A stretch of DNA of 32,000 nucleotides, from positions 150,001-182,000 of the forward strand of contig NZ_CP046578.1 of the NCBI RefSeq assembly GCF_013365455.1. The letters run 5' to 3'. The translations under genes and the position numbers were made by a program. The notes beneath the pieces were generated by a model, which was given only the letters and a program-made list of their open reading frames with translations, had not been told where the DNA came from and searched no databases. This document shows, piece after piece, positions 13,061 through 21,985 of the stretch. The DNA comes from Wolbachia endosymbiont of Dirofilaria (Dirofilaria) immitis. GTDB lineage: Bacteria; Pseudomonadota; Alphaproteobacteria; Rickettsiales; Anaplasmataceae. Numbering within the stretch: the stretch's first letter is position 1; the number at the start of each line of letters is the position of its first letter.

Positions 13061-13714
13061 TTGTATGAAAATGGAAGCGAAAGTATGAAAAATATAATGC
13101 TGGTCGGTGGCGGAGTTGGAAATGCAGTGTTATTTTTAATAGGGAAGGCACACCTTAAAAACAATAGTAAGGTTCTATACTTTGCTGGCTATAGGAAATT
13201 AAATGGTGTATTTAAACAAGCACTGATAGAATGTGCGTCAAGTGCGGTAGTTTGGGCATGTGAAGAGGGATTGATAAAAATAAATAGAGGTCAAGACAGA
13301 TCCTTTCACGGTAATATAGTTGATGCGATAATCTCTTATCAACAGGGAAAATTAGGTGATACCATAGTTAATTTAGATGCTATAGATAAAATTATTGCTA
13401 TTGGTTCTGATAAAATGATGAAAGCTATAAATGAAGCTAGGAAAACAATTTTGAAGCCATATCTGAAATCTAGTCACGTGGCAATATCGTCAATTAATTC
13501 TCCTATGCAGTGTATGATGAAAGGAATTTGTGCTCAATGTGTGCAACGGCATATAAACTTGGAAACAGAAGAAGAGAGTTTTGTTTATAGTTGCAGTAAC
13601 CAGGACCAAAATATGGAGTTTGTTGACTTTGATTTTTTAAGTGAGCGTTTGAGGCAAAACAGTTTACAAGAAAAACTTACTGCAAAGTGGATAGATTATG
13701 CTCAAAGATGTTAA
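13061..13714 (+). CDS. PyrK/FNR-like oxidoreductase fragment: NAD(P)-binding domain plus C-terminal [2Fe-2S] Cys cluster, with no FAD-binding N-terminal domain
   Basis: 217-aa ORF. The dinucleotide-binding motif MLVGGGVGNAVLF lies about 12 residues from the start. The C-terminal cluster is C-x5-C-x2-C-x17-C (SPMQCMMKGICAQCV...YSCS), as in PyrK-type electron-transfer subunits. The ORF begins 11 nt after tRNA-Ser, so it is probably a truncated remnant or a domain-only protein. Confidence 0.6.
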   Translation: MYENGSESMKNIMLVGGGVGNAVLFLIGKAHLKNNSKVLYFAGYRKLNGVFKQALIECASSAVVWACEEGLIKINRGQDRSFHGNIVDAIISYQQGKLGDTIVNLDAIDKIIAIGSDKMMKAINEARKTILKPYLKSSHVAISSINSPMQCMMKGICAQCVQRHINLETEEESFVYSCSNQDQNMEFVDFDFLSERLRQNSLQEKLTAKWIDYAQRC

Positions 13715-14231
13715 ACAACGAAAAAAGGAAGTAAGGGAGCAATATAGGGCTATAAGAAAGAATACTGATAAAAGCTATTCTATCTATGCAGCAAATTCTC
13801 TTATTAATCTTTTCAATAAAAACTTAAGTTATATTATAGGTAGGACAGTTGCGGCTTATGTTCCAATTGATCAAGAAGTAAATGTTGTGCCTTTGATGCA
13901 TAGTTTACTTAGTTTAGGTTATAAAGTAGCAATTCCTGATGAAAATAAGTTATTAAGATTCAAGGAATGGAGCAAAACAGGTGGAAATATACTCCCTGAC
14001 ACGATAATTACTCCTGTTATTGCTTTTGATGAGTGTTTTAATAGATTGGGTTTTGGTAGTGGTTGGTATGATGCTGTGATAAAAGGATTGCGGCCACTTG
14101 GAAAAGTGTTTATAGGCGTAGCTTATGAAAAACAATATTGTAAGAATTTGCCAGTAGAAGAACATGATCAAAGATTGGATATTATGATTACTGAGATACG
14201 TATTAGGTATAGATGTCAAAATTTCCTATGA
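13698..14231 (+). CDS. 5-formyltetrahydrofolate cyclo-ligase family protein
   Basis: 177-aa ORF overlapping the previous ORF by 17 nt. It has the N-terminal K..(V)R......R pattern, and the FD..FNRLGFGSGWYD and EHDQRLDIMITE blocks typical of the 5-FCL/MTHFS family. Confidence 0.78.
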   Translation: MLKDVKQRKKEVREQYRAIRKNTDKSYSIYAANSLINLFNKNLSYIIGRTVAAYVPIDQEVNVVPLMHSLLSLGYKVAIPDENKLLRFKEWSKTGGNILPDTIITPVIAFDECFNRLGFGSGWYDAVIKGLRPLGKVFIGVAYEKQYCKNLPVEEHDQRLDIMITEIRIRYRCQNFL

Positions 14232-14267
14232 TTTTCTTGTTGGCTTTCCTAGAAAATATTCAAAATA

Positions 14268-14299
14268 TTGGTTGCATAACCAACTTGATTTTTCTTTTC
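14268..14299 (+). terminator. Weak candidate intrinsic terminator after the 5-FCL gene
   Basis: Hairpin TTGGTT-GCAT-AACCAA (14268-14283) followed by the T-rich CTTGATTTTTCTTTT. The stem is only 6 bp and AT-rich. Confidence 0.3.
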
Positions 14300-15555
14300 C
14301 TAACCCTAAGAAGTTTGAAAAATAGTGTCTAAATTTTCAATTGCTTTCTTTATGGTAGAGTAAAGGTTTACAGCTGGGTATTCTGTAATGGTGCTTATAA
14401 TTCCTTTGGTTTTAGGATTTTACAATCTGTGACTGAATTGTTAATTCGTTCTACTATCGATAATATATTGAATGATTATCGTTCTATTCTATATAAGAAA
14501 TAAGAAAACCAATTATGATGCATGCTCTGGCGGTTACATTGTAAGATTGTTTATGGTGTTCATTTTTTGTAGTATGCAAAAAATGCGCTTAGATATAACA
14601 AAGGTGATGATAATAATTTATCTTTTGATAGGAGTAGTGTTCTGAATAAATGTCTACACGTCTGTTATTATTCAAGGGCATATGAATTGCTGAAATCAAT
14701 AATGACATAAGGCTATGTGTGTAGGTGTAATAATATTTTTTTATGTAGAAACTTTCAAAAAGAGAGCTTAAGTAACTCATCAGTTTGCCAAATGTTGGCA
14801 GTACATACCTTGCTATAGTTACTGTGCTAGTATATAGCTTAAGTTTCTGTTCTAATTTTAAACTTAGCAAAATTTTCTTGAAGTTACGTAAAAGCATCTT
14901 ACACCTTGCGTGCATTTTCCAGTGTATTTTTCTAAAATTGATTAAGATAGTAATGGAAGAGGAACGTGGTACTTGGAGCATACAATTGAGTTCTTGGCTA
15001 TAATTATATATTGAATATCTACTTCTTGGACTAAAATTTTACTAGGGGCTACCTAGGTTTTCTTGATTTTGCTTAAAGAACTGATTCATATGTTGCAAAG
15101 TGCAGCATGGGAGGGACGAGAATTAGGCAATTTAGCTTCTTTTCTAGATAATGTAGCAAAGTATGATCTGTCTTAGAGAGGCTATTAACTAAATCATTAT
15201 TCCATGTAAATTCTAGCGTGGGGAATTATGTATGAATGCCTAGTGATGATTCTTTAATCCCTATTTAGTTTAGCATATTATTATAATGTGCATTATTTTT
15301 TGAAAAAGTTGAAAGTGAAAACGAGAGAGATTTTCTGTTTTTTTAATTGCTAATATAACTTGATGTAGTAACAAATGGCAGTTTAGGCTTTTCAGGGAGT
15401 TTAAATTTCATATAATTTTAGTATAGTTTATAGAAGAAAGGCTACAAGAGGTCAATATTTTTAGAAAGGTTTATTTTTTTGTGTGTAAAGGTTTCCATAT
15501 TTAGTTCTATGTTATTTGTATATAACAGTGAATCTAAAATTATCGTTAATGTGAC

Positions 15556-18051
15556 GTGTTTAAAAATGCTATGGATTTTATAAGAGAAAAAACTACTCCT
15601 GTGATGGAGCAATATTTAAACCTAAAAGCTCAATATAAGGATCATTTATTATTTTATAGACTAGGAGATTTTTATGAGTTGTTCTTTGATGATGCTATTA
15701 GAGCTTCGAAGCTATTGAATATAGTGCTTACTAAAAGGGGTAGTTTGTGTGGGCAGGACATACCAATGTGTGGAGTACCTGTACATAATAGTGAATCTTA
15801 TCTACATAAGCTAATAGATTTAGGATTTAAAGTAGCAATTTGTGACCAGTTAGAGACTGCTGGTGAGGCGAAAAGAAGAGGCTATAAATCTATAGTAAAA
15901 CGTGATGTAGTCCGAATCGTTACTCCAGGTACAATTATTGAAGATTCATTATTGGAAGATAAAAACAGTAATTATCTTGCGTCTATGGTTGAACATAATG
16001 AAGAATATGCTATTGGCTGGCTTGAGTTATCAACAGGAAAGTTTTTTTACTCTATAACGAGTTTGGAAGCTCTTGATAATGATTTGTTACGCATATCACC
16101 AAAGGAATTGTTGGTTTCTGAAAAGCTCACTGAGAATAAGAAAATTAGGTTGATTTTAAAAAGCTATAAAATATCAATCACGCAGCATGCTCAAAGTTTT
16201 TTTGAGTATAACAAGTCTCATAGAGCACTGTGCGAATTTTATAAAATTAGAGAACTTGGGGTTATAGGAAGCTTCAACAAAGTAGAGGTTATAGCTTGTG
16301 GTGCGCTACTTGAATATGTAAGAGTAACTCAAAAGGGTTCTGTTCCAAGGCTTGAGCTGCCAAAGCCCTATAAGCAGCAAAGTTTTATGCTAATCGATGC
16401 TTCAGCAAGGAGGAACCTTGAGTTATTTTCAACTCAATTTGGTGAAAGAAAAGGTTCACTGATTTCAGTCATTGATCAAACAGTTACAGCTTCTGGTGGA
16501 CGCCTGCTTAAACAAATACTTGCGTCACCACTTGCTTGTTCTAAAGCAATTAATTTGAGGCTTAGCACTGTTGAGTTTTTTGTAAATCATCATGAATCAC
16601 GTAAAAAGGTGCGAGAAATGCTTTCTAGTATTCCAGATATTGAGAGGTCATTGTCACGTTTAATGTTAGGGCGTGGCTCACCGAAAGATATTAGTTTATT
16701 GAAAGCAGGTCTTAAGAAGACGTCAGAGTTATCTAAGTTCTTGTATAAAATTGGATTTGATAAGGGTAAATTTATCTTGCAGCAATGTGTTACCTTAGTA
16801 TCACACTCTGGAGTGACATCCGATCCTAGTGAAAATGAACTAAGTGTAATATATAAAAGCCTTGGTGATCATAAGGAACTGCTTGAGCTTTTAAACTATG
16901 CTGTGCTTGATAATGATCTAAACTCTACAAAAGAAGGAGGATTTATTAATCCAAAATATGATAAGAGATTATCAGAGCTATCCTATATGCTAAATAATAG
17001 CAATGAACTGGTAACTAAACTCCGTAAATCTTATTGCGACCTAACTGGTGTTGCCTCACTAAAAATAGTGCACAATAATATACTTGGTTATTATGTTGAG
17101 GTATCAACAAATCACAAGTTAACTTCAGATATATTTATTCATAGGCAGAGTTTAGCAAATAGTATACGTTATACTACTAATGAATTAAAGGAATTAGAAA
17201 ATAAAATTTTCACGGCGCGTGATGCTGTGATTAATTTAGAAATAAAAATTTTTGGTGAACTATGTAGTAAAATTGCTGAAGAATCTGAGAAGATTGCTCT
17301 TGCTGCAAGTGCTTTAGCTAGACTGGACGTTAGGGCTTCATTTGCAGAGCTTGCAGTGCAAAACAATTATGTAAAACCTATTATTGATGATAGTAAGGAA
17401 TTTAATATCCGTAGCGGAAGGCATCCAGTAGTTGAAATTGACGGTAAGTTCATTGCAAATAGCATCGACTTAGTTGGTATACATCTAATTACTGGTCCCA
17501 ATATGGCTGGGAAAAGCACTTTTTTGAGGCAAAATGCTCTCATTGCAATTTTAGCTCATATGGGTTCATTTGTACCGGCAGATAGTGCGCATATTGGAGT
17601 AATTGACAAGATATTTAGCAGGGTTGGTGCGACAGATAATGTAGCAGCTGGCTATTCTACTTTTATGATAGAGATGATTGAGACAGCAACTATAGTCAAT
17701 CAGGCAACAGGCCGTTCCTTAGTGATACTTGATGAAATTGGTAGAGGTACAGGAGTATATGACGGGCTATCTATTGCTCAGGCGGTAATTGAACATATTC
17801 ATGATGTAAATAAGTGCCGTGCTATTTTTGCAACTCATTATCACGAATTAACGAAAGTAAGTGAATATTTAAAAAACATAAAGTGTTTCTGTGTGAGAGT
17901 AAAAGAATGGAACGGGAAAGTCGTCTTTTTACATGAAGTAGTTGAAGGTATCGCAGATGAGTCATACGGAATATATGTAGCGAAACTTGCTGGTTTTCCT
18001 GATTCTGTGCTAAATAGAGCAAGTGCAGTATTTAAGGAGCTAAAGGCCTGA
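15556..18051 (+). CDS. mutS: DNA mismatch repair protein MutS
   Basis: 831-aa ORF with a GTG start. An alternative ATG at 15571 gives [15 protein letters not shown]. It has the mismatch-binding N-terminus (TPVMEQY...[11 protein letters not shown]), Walker A ([13 protein letters not shown]), Walker B ([11 protein letters not shown]) and THYHEL. Confidence 0.95.
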   Translation: MFKNAMDFIREKTTPVMEQYLNLKAQYKDHLLFYRLGDFYELFFDDAIRASKLLNIVLTKRGSLCGQDIPMCGVPVHNSESYLHKLIDLGFKVAICDQLETAGEAKRRGYKSIVKRDVVRIVTPGTIIEDSLLEDKNSNYLASMVEHNEEYAIGWLELSTGKFFYSITSLEALDNDLLRISPKELLVSEKLTENKKIRLILKSYKISITQHAQSFFEYNKSHRALCEFYKIRELGVIGSFNKVEVIACGALLEYVRVTQKGSVPRLELPKPYKQQSFMLIDASARRNLELFSTQFGERKGSLISVIDQTVTASGGRLLKQILASPLACSKAINLRLSTVEFFVNHHESRKKVREMLSSIPDIERSLSRLMLGRGSPKDISLLKAGLKKTSELSKFLYKIGFDKGKFILQQCVTLVSHSGVTSDPSENELSVIYKSLGDHKELLELLNYAVLDNDLNSTKEGGFINPKYDKRLSELSYMLNNSNELVTKLRKSYCDLTGVASLKIVHNNILGYYVEVSTNHKLTSDIFIHRQSLANSIRYTTNELKELENKIFTARDAVINLEIKIFGELCSKIAEESEKIALAASALARLDVRASFAELAVQNNYVKPIIDDSKEFNIRSGRHPVVEIDGKFIANSIDLVGIHLITGPNMAGKSTFLRQNALIAILAHMGSFVPADSAHIGVIDKIFSRVGATDNVAAGYSTFMIEMIETATIVNQATGRSLVILDEIGRGTGVYDGLSIAQAVIEHIHDVNKCRAIFATHYHELTKVSEYLKNIKCFCVRVKEWNGKVVFLHEVVEGIADESYGIYVAKLAGFPDSVLNRASAVFKELKA

Positions 18052-18234
18052 AAGATTTGCTTGGCTTTTACAAGTGTTTGTTTAGATAACAGAGTTAGTA
18101 TATGATACTGTTAAGTTTCTAGTATAAGCTTTTTTCTATTATAGTATAAATATATTTAAGGTTTTCCAATGGGGTTTTGAACTATTGATAAGTCTGTTAC
18201 AATAAAGTATAACCCATTAAGTATCGCTTAAGAT

Positions 18235-18951
18235 ATGGAAGTTTTTTTGGTAGTTCTAAAAAAAGTGTTGGGTATGGTTTTTCCTGCTAAAGTAGTAAGC
18301 TCTTTTTTTGGAATAGGGTATTTACCAAGTTGGCAGAACTATTGGTCTTCTTTTTTAATGTTACTTATTATCAATGTTATATTAATTTTTATATATGGAG
18401 TTGATTTTATACTATATAAGATGCCATATTCAGCTATAATCATAGCTGCTGTTTTTATGAAATTAGCGATAGGTATATTAATACTGCAATTAATTGGTAT
18501 ATCTATCTTCCATATTCAGAACCCTTCAGCGAATAGTGGTGAAAATATAGTAATACAAATGGCGTCAGGACAGGTGTTGACTGTTGCATTTTCGATGCCG
18601 GCAATAATGTCAATTTATTATGCTGTAGGTAGATTATATGGAAGTATATGTAAAGAAATACTTCAGTGTTCGTCTTGGTTTAATAATTCTATGCACTTAT
18701 TCTTTTTCTTTATGATACCTTATATATTTTTTAATGTTGTGGAAGTAATAAAACCTTGGCCAATAAGTTCAATACAGCTTAGTTATAACAATGCAGTATC
18801 AATCACGTTTGAGGGGTTTTTTCATACATTTTATGCAGTAATTTTGCTGTACTTAACTGCGTTTATATTCTGCAATTTGACTATGCATGATGCAATTGTT
18901 CTAAATAAAAGCATAATTCAGTATGTGAAAGAAAGTTCGGTAGTCTTTTGA
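18235..18951 (+). CDS. Polytopic membrane protein, divergent PgpA (phosphatidylglycerophosphatase A) homolog
   Basis: 238-aa hydrophobic ORF. It is collinear with recalled PgpA blocks: FFGIGYLPSWQNYWSSF vs GFGSGLSPIVPGTMGSL, and VVEVIKPWPISS vs ILDMWKPWPIRW. Several conserved polar residues are substituted. The true start may be Met14 (18274). Confidence 0.6.
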   Translation: MEVFLVVLKKVLGMVFPAKVVSSFFGIGYLPSWQNYWSSFLMLLIINVILIFIYGVDFILYKMPYSAIIIAAVFMKLAIGILILQLIGISIFHIQNPSANSGENIVIQMASGQVLTVAFSMPAIMSIYYAVGRLYGSICKEILQCSSWFNNSMHLFFFFMIPYIFFNVVEVIKPWPISSIQLSYNNAVSITFEGFFHTFYAVILLYLTAFIFCNLTMHDAIVLNKSIIQYVKESSVVF

Positions 18952-19036
18952 GTAACTATTTGCGTGATGCTGTGAAAATAAATATTGAATAGCACCTGTT
19001 TGCTTATATATTCAATATAGAAAATTTACGGTTTGT

Positions 19037-19876
19037 GTGAATCTACAAAATATAATAAAGGAATTGCAAGGGTTTTGGGCTGACGAAGGATGTACTATAC
19101 TTTATCCGTATACGTCTGAAGTTGGGGCTGGAACATTGCATCCTGCGACAGCTATGTCAGCGATTGACATAAAACCAACGAAAATTGCATATTTACAACC
19201 GGTAGTTAGGCCGGCAGATAGCCGCTATGGTGTTAACCCTAATCGCTTATACCAGCATCATCAATACCAGGTAATAATAAAACCTTCTGGAAATAACTTG
19301 CAGGATGTTTACTTAAATAGCTTAAAGGCTCTTAATATATCTACAGGAAAGTATGATATTAAATTTATTGAAGATGACTGGGAAAATCCAAGTGTTGGTG
19401 CATCAGGACTTGGGTGGGAAGTTACATGTAATGGAATGGAGGTGACACAACTTACTTATATACAGCAAGTAGGAGGTATCGATTGTAGAATGATTCCTGG
19501 CGAAATAGCGTATGGGCTAGAACGTTTAGCAATGTGTATACAAGATGTAGATAATGTCTTCGATATAATATGGAACGACAGTGGTGTGACTTATGGAGAT
19601 ATTTTTAAGCAAAGAGAGTATGAATTTTCTTATCTGTCATTAGAATATTGTAATACTAAAGTAGTACAGCAGCAATTTGAAGATACGGAAAGATTATGTA
19701 AGTTTCTTATTGAAAAAAAATTGCCGGTAGCAGCTTATGATCAGTGTGTTAAAGCTAGTCATCTACTTAATCTGCTTGATGCGAGAGGTGTGCTTGATGT
19801 GAGTGAGCGTACAGTGTATATTGGTAGAGTAAGAGAGCTAACAAAAGGATGTTGTGAGTTATATATAAGTAAATAA
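19037..19876 (+). CDS. glyQ: Glycine--tRNA ligase alpha subunit
   Basis: 279-aa ORF with a GTG start. Highly conserved GlyQ blocks are present (LQGFWADEGC, GAGTLHPAT, QPVVRPADSRYG, EDDWENPSVGASGLGWEV, EIAYGLERLAM). Confidence 0.95.
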   Translation: MNLQNIIKELQGFWADEGCTILYPYTSEVGAGTLHPATAMSAIDIKPTKIAYLQPVVRPADSRYGVNPNRLYQHHQYQVIIKPSGNNLQDVYLNSLKALNISTGKYDIKFIEDDWENPSVGASGLGWEVTCNGMEVTQLTYIQQVGGIDCRMIPGEIAYGLERLAMCIQDVDNVFDIIWNDSGVTYGDIFKQREYEFSYLSLEYCNTKVVQQQFEDTERLCKFLIEKKLPVAAYDQCVKASHLLNLLDARGVLDVSERTVYIGRVRELTKGCCELYISK

Positions 19877-19879
19877 TAT

Positions 19880-21985
19880 ATGTTATCACAACTGTTATTT
19901 GAGTGCCTTTCAGAGGAAATACCATCAAGGATGCAAGATTTAGCTGTAGCTCAAATTAAGAGTTATATTACTACTGTTTTTAGTAGAAACAATGTAAAAT
20001 TTACATCTGTAGAGGTTTTTGCAACGGCACGTCGCATTGCTCTTTTTGTTAATGATATAGACATTTCGGATCTGAAAGATTCTAATAACGAAATTAAGGG
20101 ACCAAATGTCAATGCACCGAAAAGTGTTATTAAGGGTTTTTTGAGAAAGTATCAGAAAAGTGAAAAGGATTTACTTGTTCAGAGAATAGATGATGGAGAA
20201 TTTTACTTTGTTAGAAGAGAAAGCTATTTGTTTGACATCAAAGAATTTCTTAAGAATCAACTGGAGAGAATGTTAAAAAAATTTTCTTGGCCGAAGAGTA
20301 TGAGATGGAGCGAAGGAAAAGAAAGATGGGTTAGGCCAATTAGAAACATTTTATGCGTTTTGAATGACGAGATAATACCTGTATCTTTTGCAGGGGTTAC
20401 TGCATGCAATGCAACGTATGGTCATAGATTTCTCTCAAATAGTGAGAGGCTTATTGTTGGAATGACTAAAGACTACCTTGAGTTGCTAGAAAAAAACAAT
20501 GTCATTCTTCAACCAGATAAAAGGAAGAAATTTATACTGGATCAGGTTAATAAATTTAGAAAAGAACAGAGTTTACAACTTGAAAAAAGTGATTATTTAC
20601 TGAATGAGTTGTCTGGGCTTATAGAGTGGCCAGTGATACTGTTTGGTAAAGTAAATCAAGAAAAGTTATTTGAGTTACCAAAAGAAGTAATTCTTAGTAT
20701 AATTAATACACAACAAAAATGCCTTGCTTTAAGTAATGAAAAGGGAATTTCGCACTTTGCCACTGTCGTCAGTGTCAACAGTGATGAAGTTGTCAAGGGG
20801 TATGAAAGAATATTAGAAGCACGTCTTACTGATGCGAAATTTTTGATATTTCAAGATAGAAAGGAAAATCTTGATTATTATGTCGAAAAATTGGATTCAA
20901 TATTATCTCATACTTATCTCGGCAATGTTAGAGAAAAAGTAAGGCGTATTATAGTTCTATCAAAATATATAGCTATATATGTTCCATGTGCTTCGTTAAC
21001 TAAGGTTGAGCGTGCCGCGTATTTGGCAAAAGCAGATCTAGCAACATCGATAGTAAGAGAATTTCCAGAATTACAAGGAGTAATGGGTGGATATTATGCT
21101 TCTTATTTCCAAGAAGATAAAGAAGTAGTAGAAGCTATAGCTGAGCATTATAAGCCAGTTGGACCAGAGCAAGAGTGCCCTAGATCTCCTACTGCGATTG
21201 CTGTGGCTATCGCTGATAAAGTAGATAGTTTAGTTGGTTTGATTGCAGTAGGTGGAAAGATTTCAGGTTCATATGATCAGTTTGGTTTACGGAGAATGGC
21301 AATTGGTATGATTAGAACGATACTCGAGAATAATTTACATATTTCAATTAGGTTACTGATAGATAAGTCGGTATCTTTATATTCAGGACTTATATTTGTT
21401 GAGGATTCAGTATCAATTAGTCAGTCAAGTAAGCTAAATAGGAGGCAAATTGTAGAACTTGTCCTTAAATTTTGTCTAGGGAGATTTAAGGTTATTTTAA
21501 AAAATAAAGGTGTAAGGCAAGATATTGTGGATTCAGTTTTACATAAAACTGATGTTGATGATCTACTGGCAGCAGAGAAGCAAACTGTTATATTGGATTA
21601 TTATCTCGGTACGCCTAAAGGCAAGCAGATTCTGGGTACTTATAAAAGGGTGAGTAATATAGTTAGCAAGGCAAAAAAAAATTCTGATGCTACTTACAGA
21701 ATGTCTTATAATAAAAAATTTTTGGTTGATAGTGAAGAAATAATGTTATCGAATCGTACTGTAGCTGTTTGTAGAAGCATCAAACAAGCAATGAAAAATA
21801 ATCACTTCAATAAGGCACTTGATGAACTTAGTGAATTCCTTCCACTTATTAATCAGTTTATGGACAATGTAAAGATCAACTGTGCTTCTGATAAGCTGAG
21901 AGGGAATAGATTCTCTTTACTTGCGAGCGTTATTTCTATCTTTCATTCAATAGCATATTTCAACTTTATACAAGCTAAGCAATGA
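19880..21985 (+). CDS. glyS: Glycine--tRNA ligase beta subunit
   Basis: 701-aa ORF starting 3 nt after glyQ. It has GlyS blocks (LLFECLSEEIP, TARRIALFV, GHRF, EFPELQGVMGGYYA, FGLRR). Confidence 0.93.
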   Translation: MLSQLLFECLSEEIPSRMQDLAVAQIKSYITTVFSRNNVKFTSVEVFATARRIALFVNDIDISDLKDSNNEIKGPNVNAPKSVIKGFLRKYQKSEKDLLVQRIDDGEFYFVRRESYLFDIKEFLKNQLERMLKKFSWPKSMRWSEGKERWVRPIRNILCVLNDEIIPVSFAGVTACNATYGHRFLSNSERLIVGMTKDYLELLEKNNVILQPDKRKKFILDQVNKFRKEQSLQLEKSDYLLNELSGLIEWPVILFGKVNQEKLFELPKEVILSIINTQQKCLALSNEKGISHFATVVSVNSDEVVKGYERILEARLTDAKFLIFQDRKENLDYYVEKLDSILSHTYLGNVREKVRRIIVLSKYIAIYVPCASLTKVERAAYLAKADLATSIVREFPELQGVMGGYYASYFQEDKEVVEAIAEHYKPVGPEQECPRSPTAIAVAIADKVDSLVGLIAVGGKISGSYDQFGLRRMAIGMIRTILENNLHISIRLLIDKSVSLYSGLIFVEDSVSISQSSKLNRRQIVELVLKFCLGRFKVILKNKGVRQDIVDSVLHKTDVDDLLAAEKQTVILDYYLGTPKGKQILGTYKRVSNIVSKAKKNSDATYRMSYNKKFLVDSEEIMLSNRTVAVCRSIKQAMKNNHFNKALDELSEFLPLINQFMDNVKINCASDKLRGNRFSLLASVISIFHSIAYFNFIQAKQ

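Noticed and set aside
12952-13164. 70-aa minus-strand ORF
   Set aside because: It runs antisense straight through tRNA-Ser and the start of the PyrK-like ORF. It is an artefact.
13953-14219. 88-aa minus-strand ORF
   Set aside because: It is antisense to the 5-FCL gene, whose family motifs are clear.
14589-15003. Mutually overlapping ORFs 14589-14981 (minus) and 14785-15003 (plus)
   Set aside because: Both are low-complexity with no recognisable motif. The minus ORF would have a pyrimidine-rich sense strand, opposite to every confident gene here. I treat the region as non-coding or fossil sequence (see findings).
17169-18022. Minus-strand ORFs inside mutS
   Set aside because: They are antisense shadows of a conserved gene.
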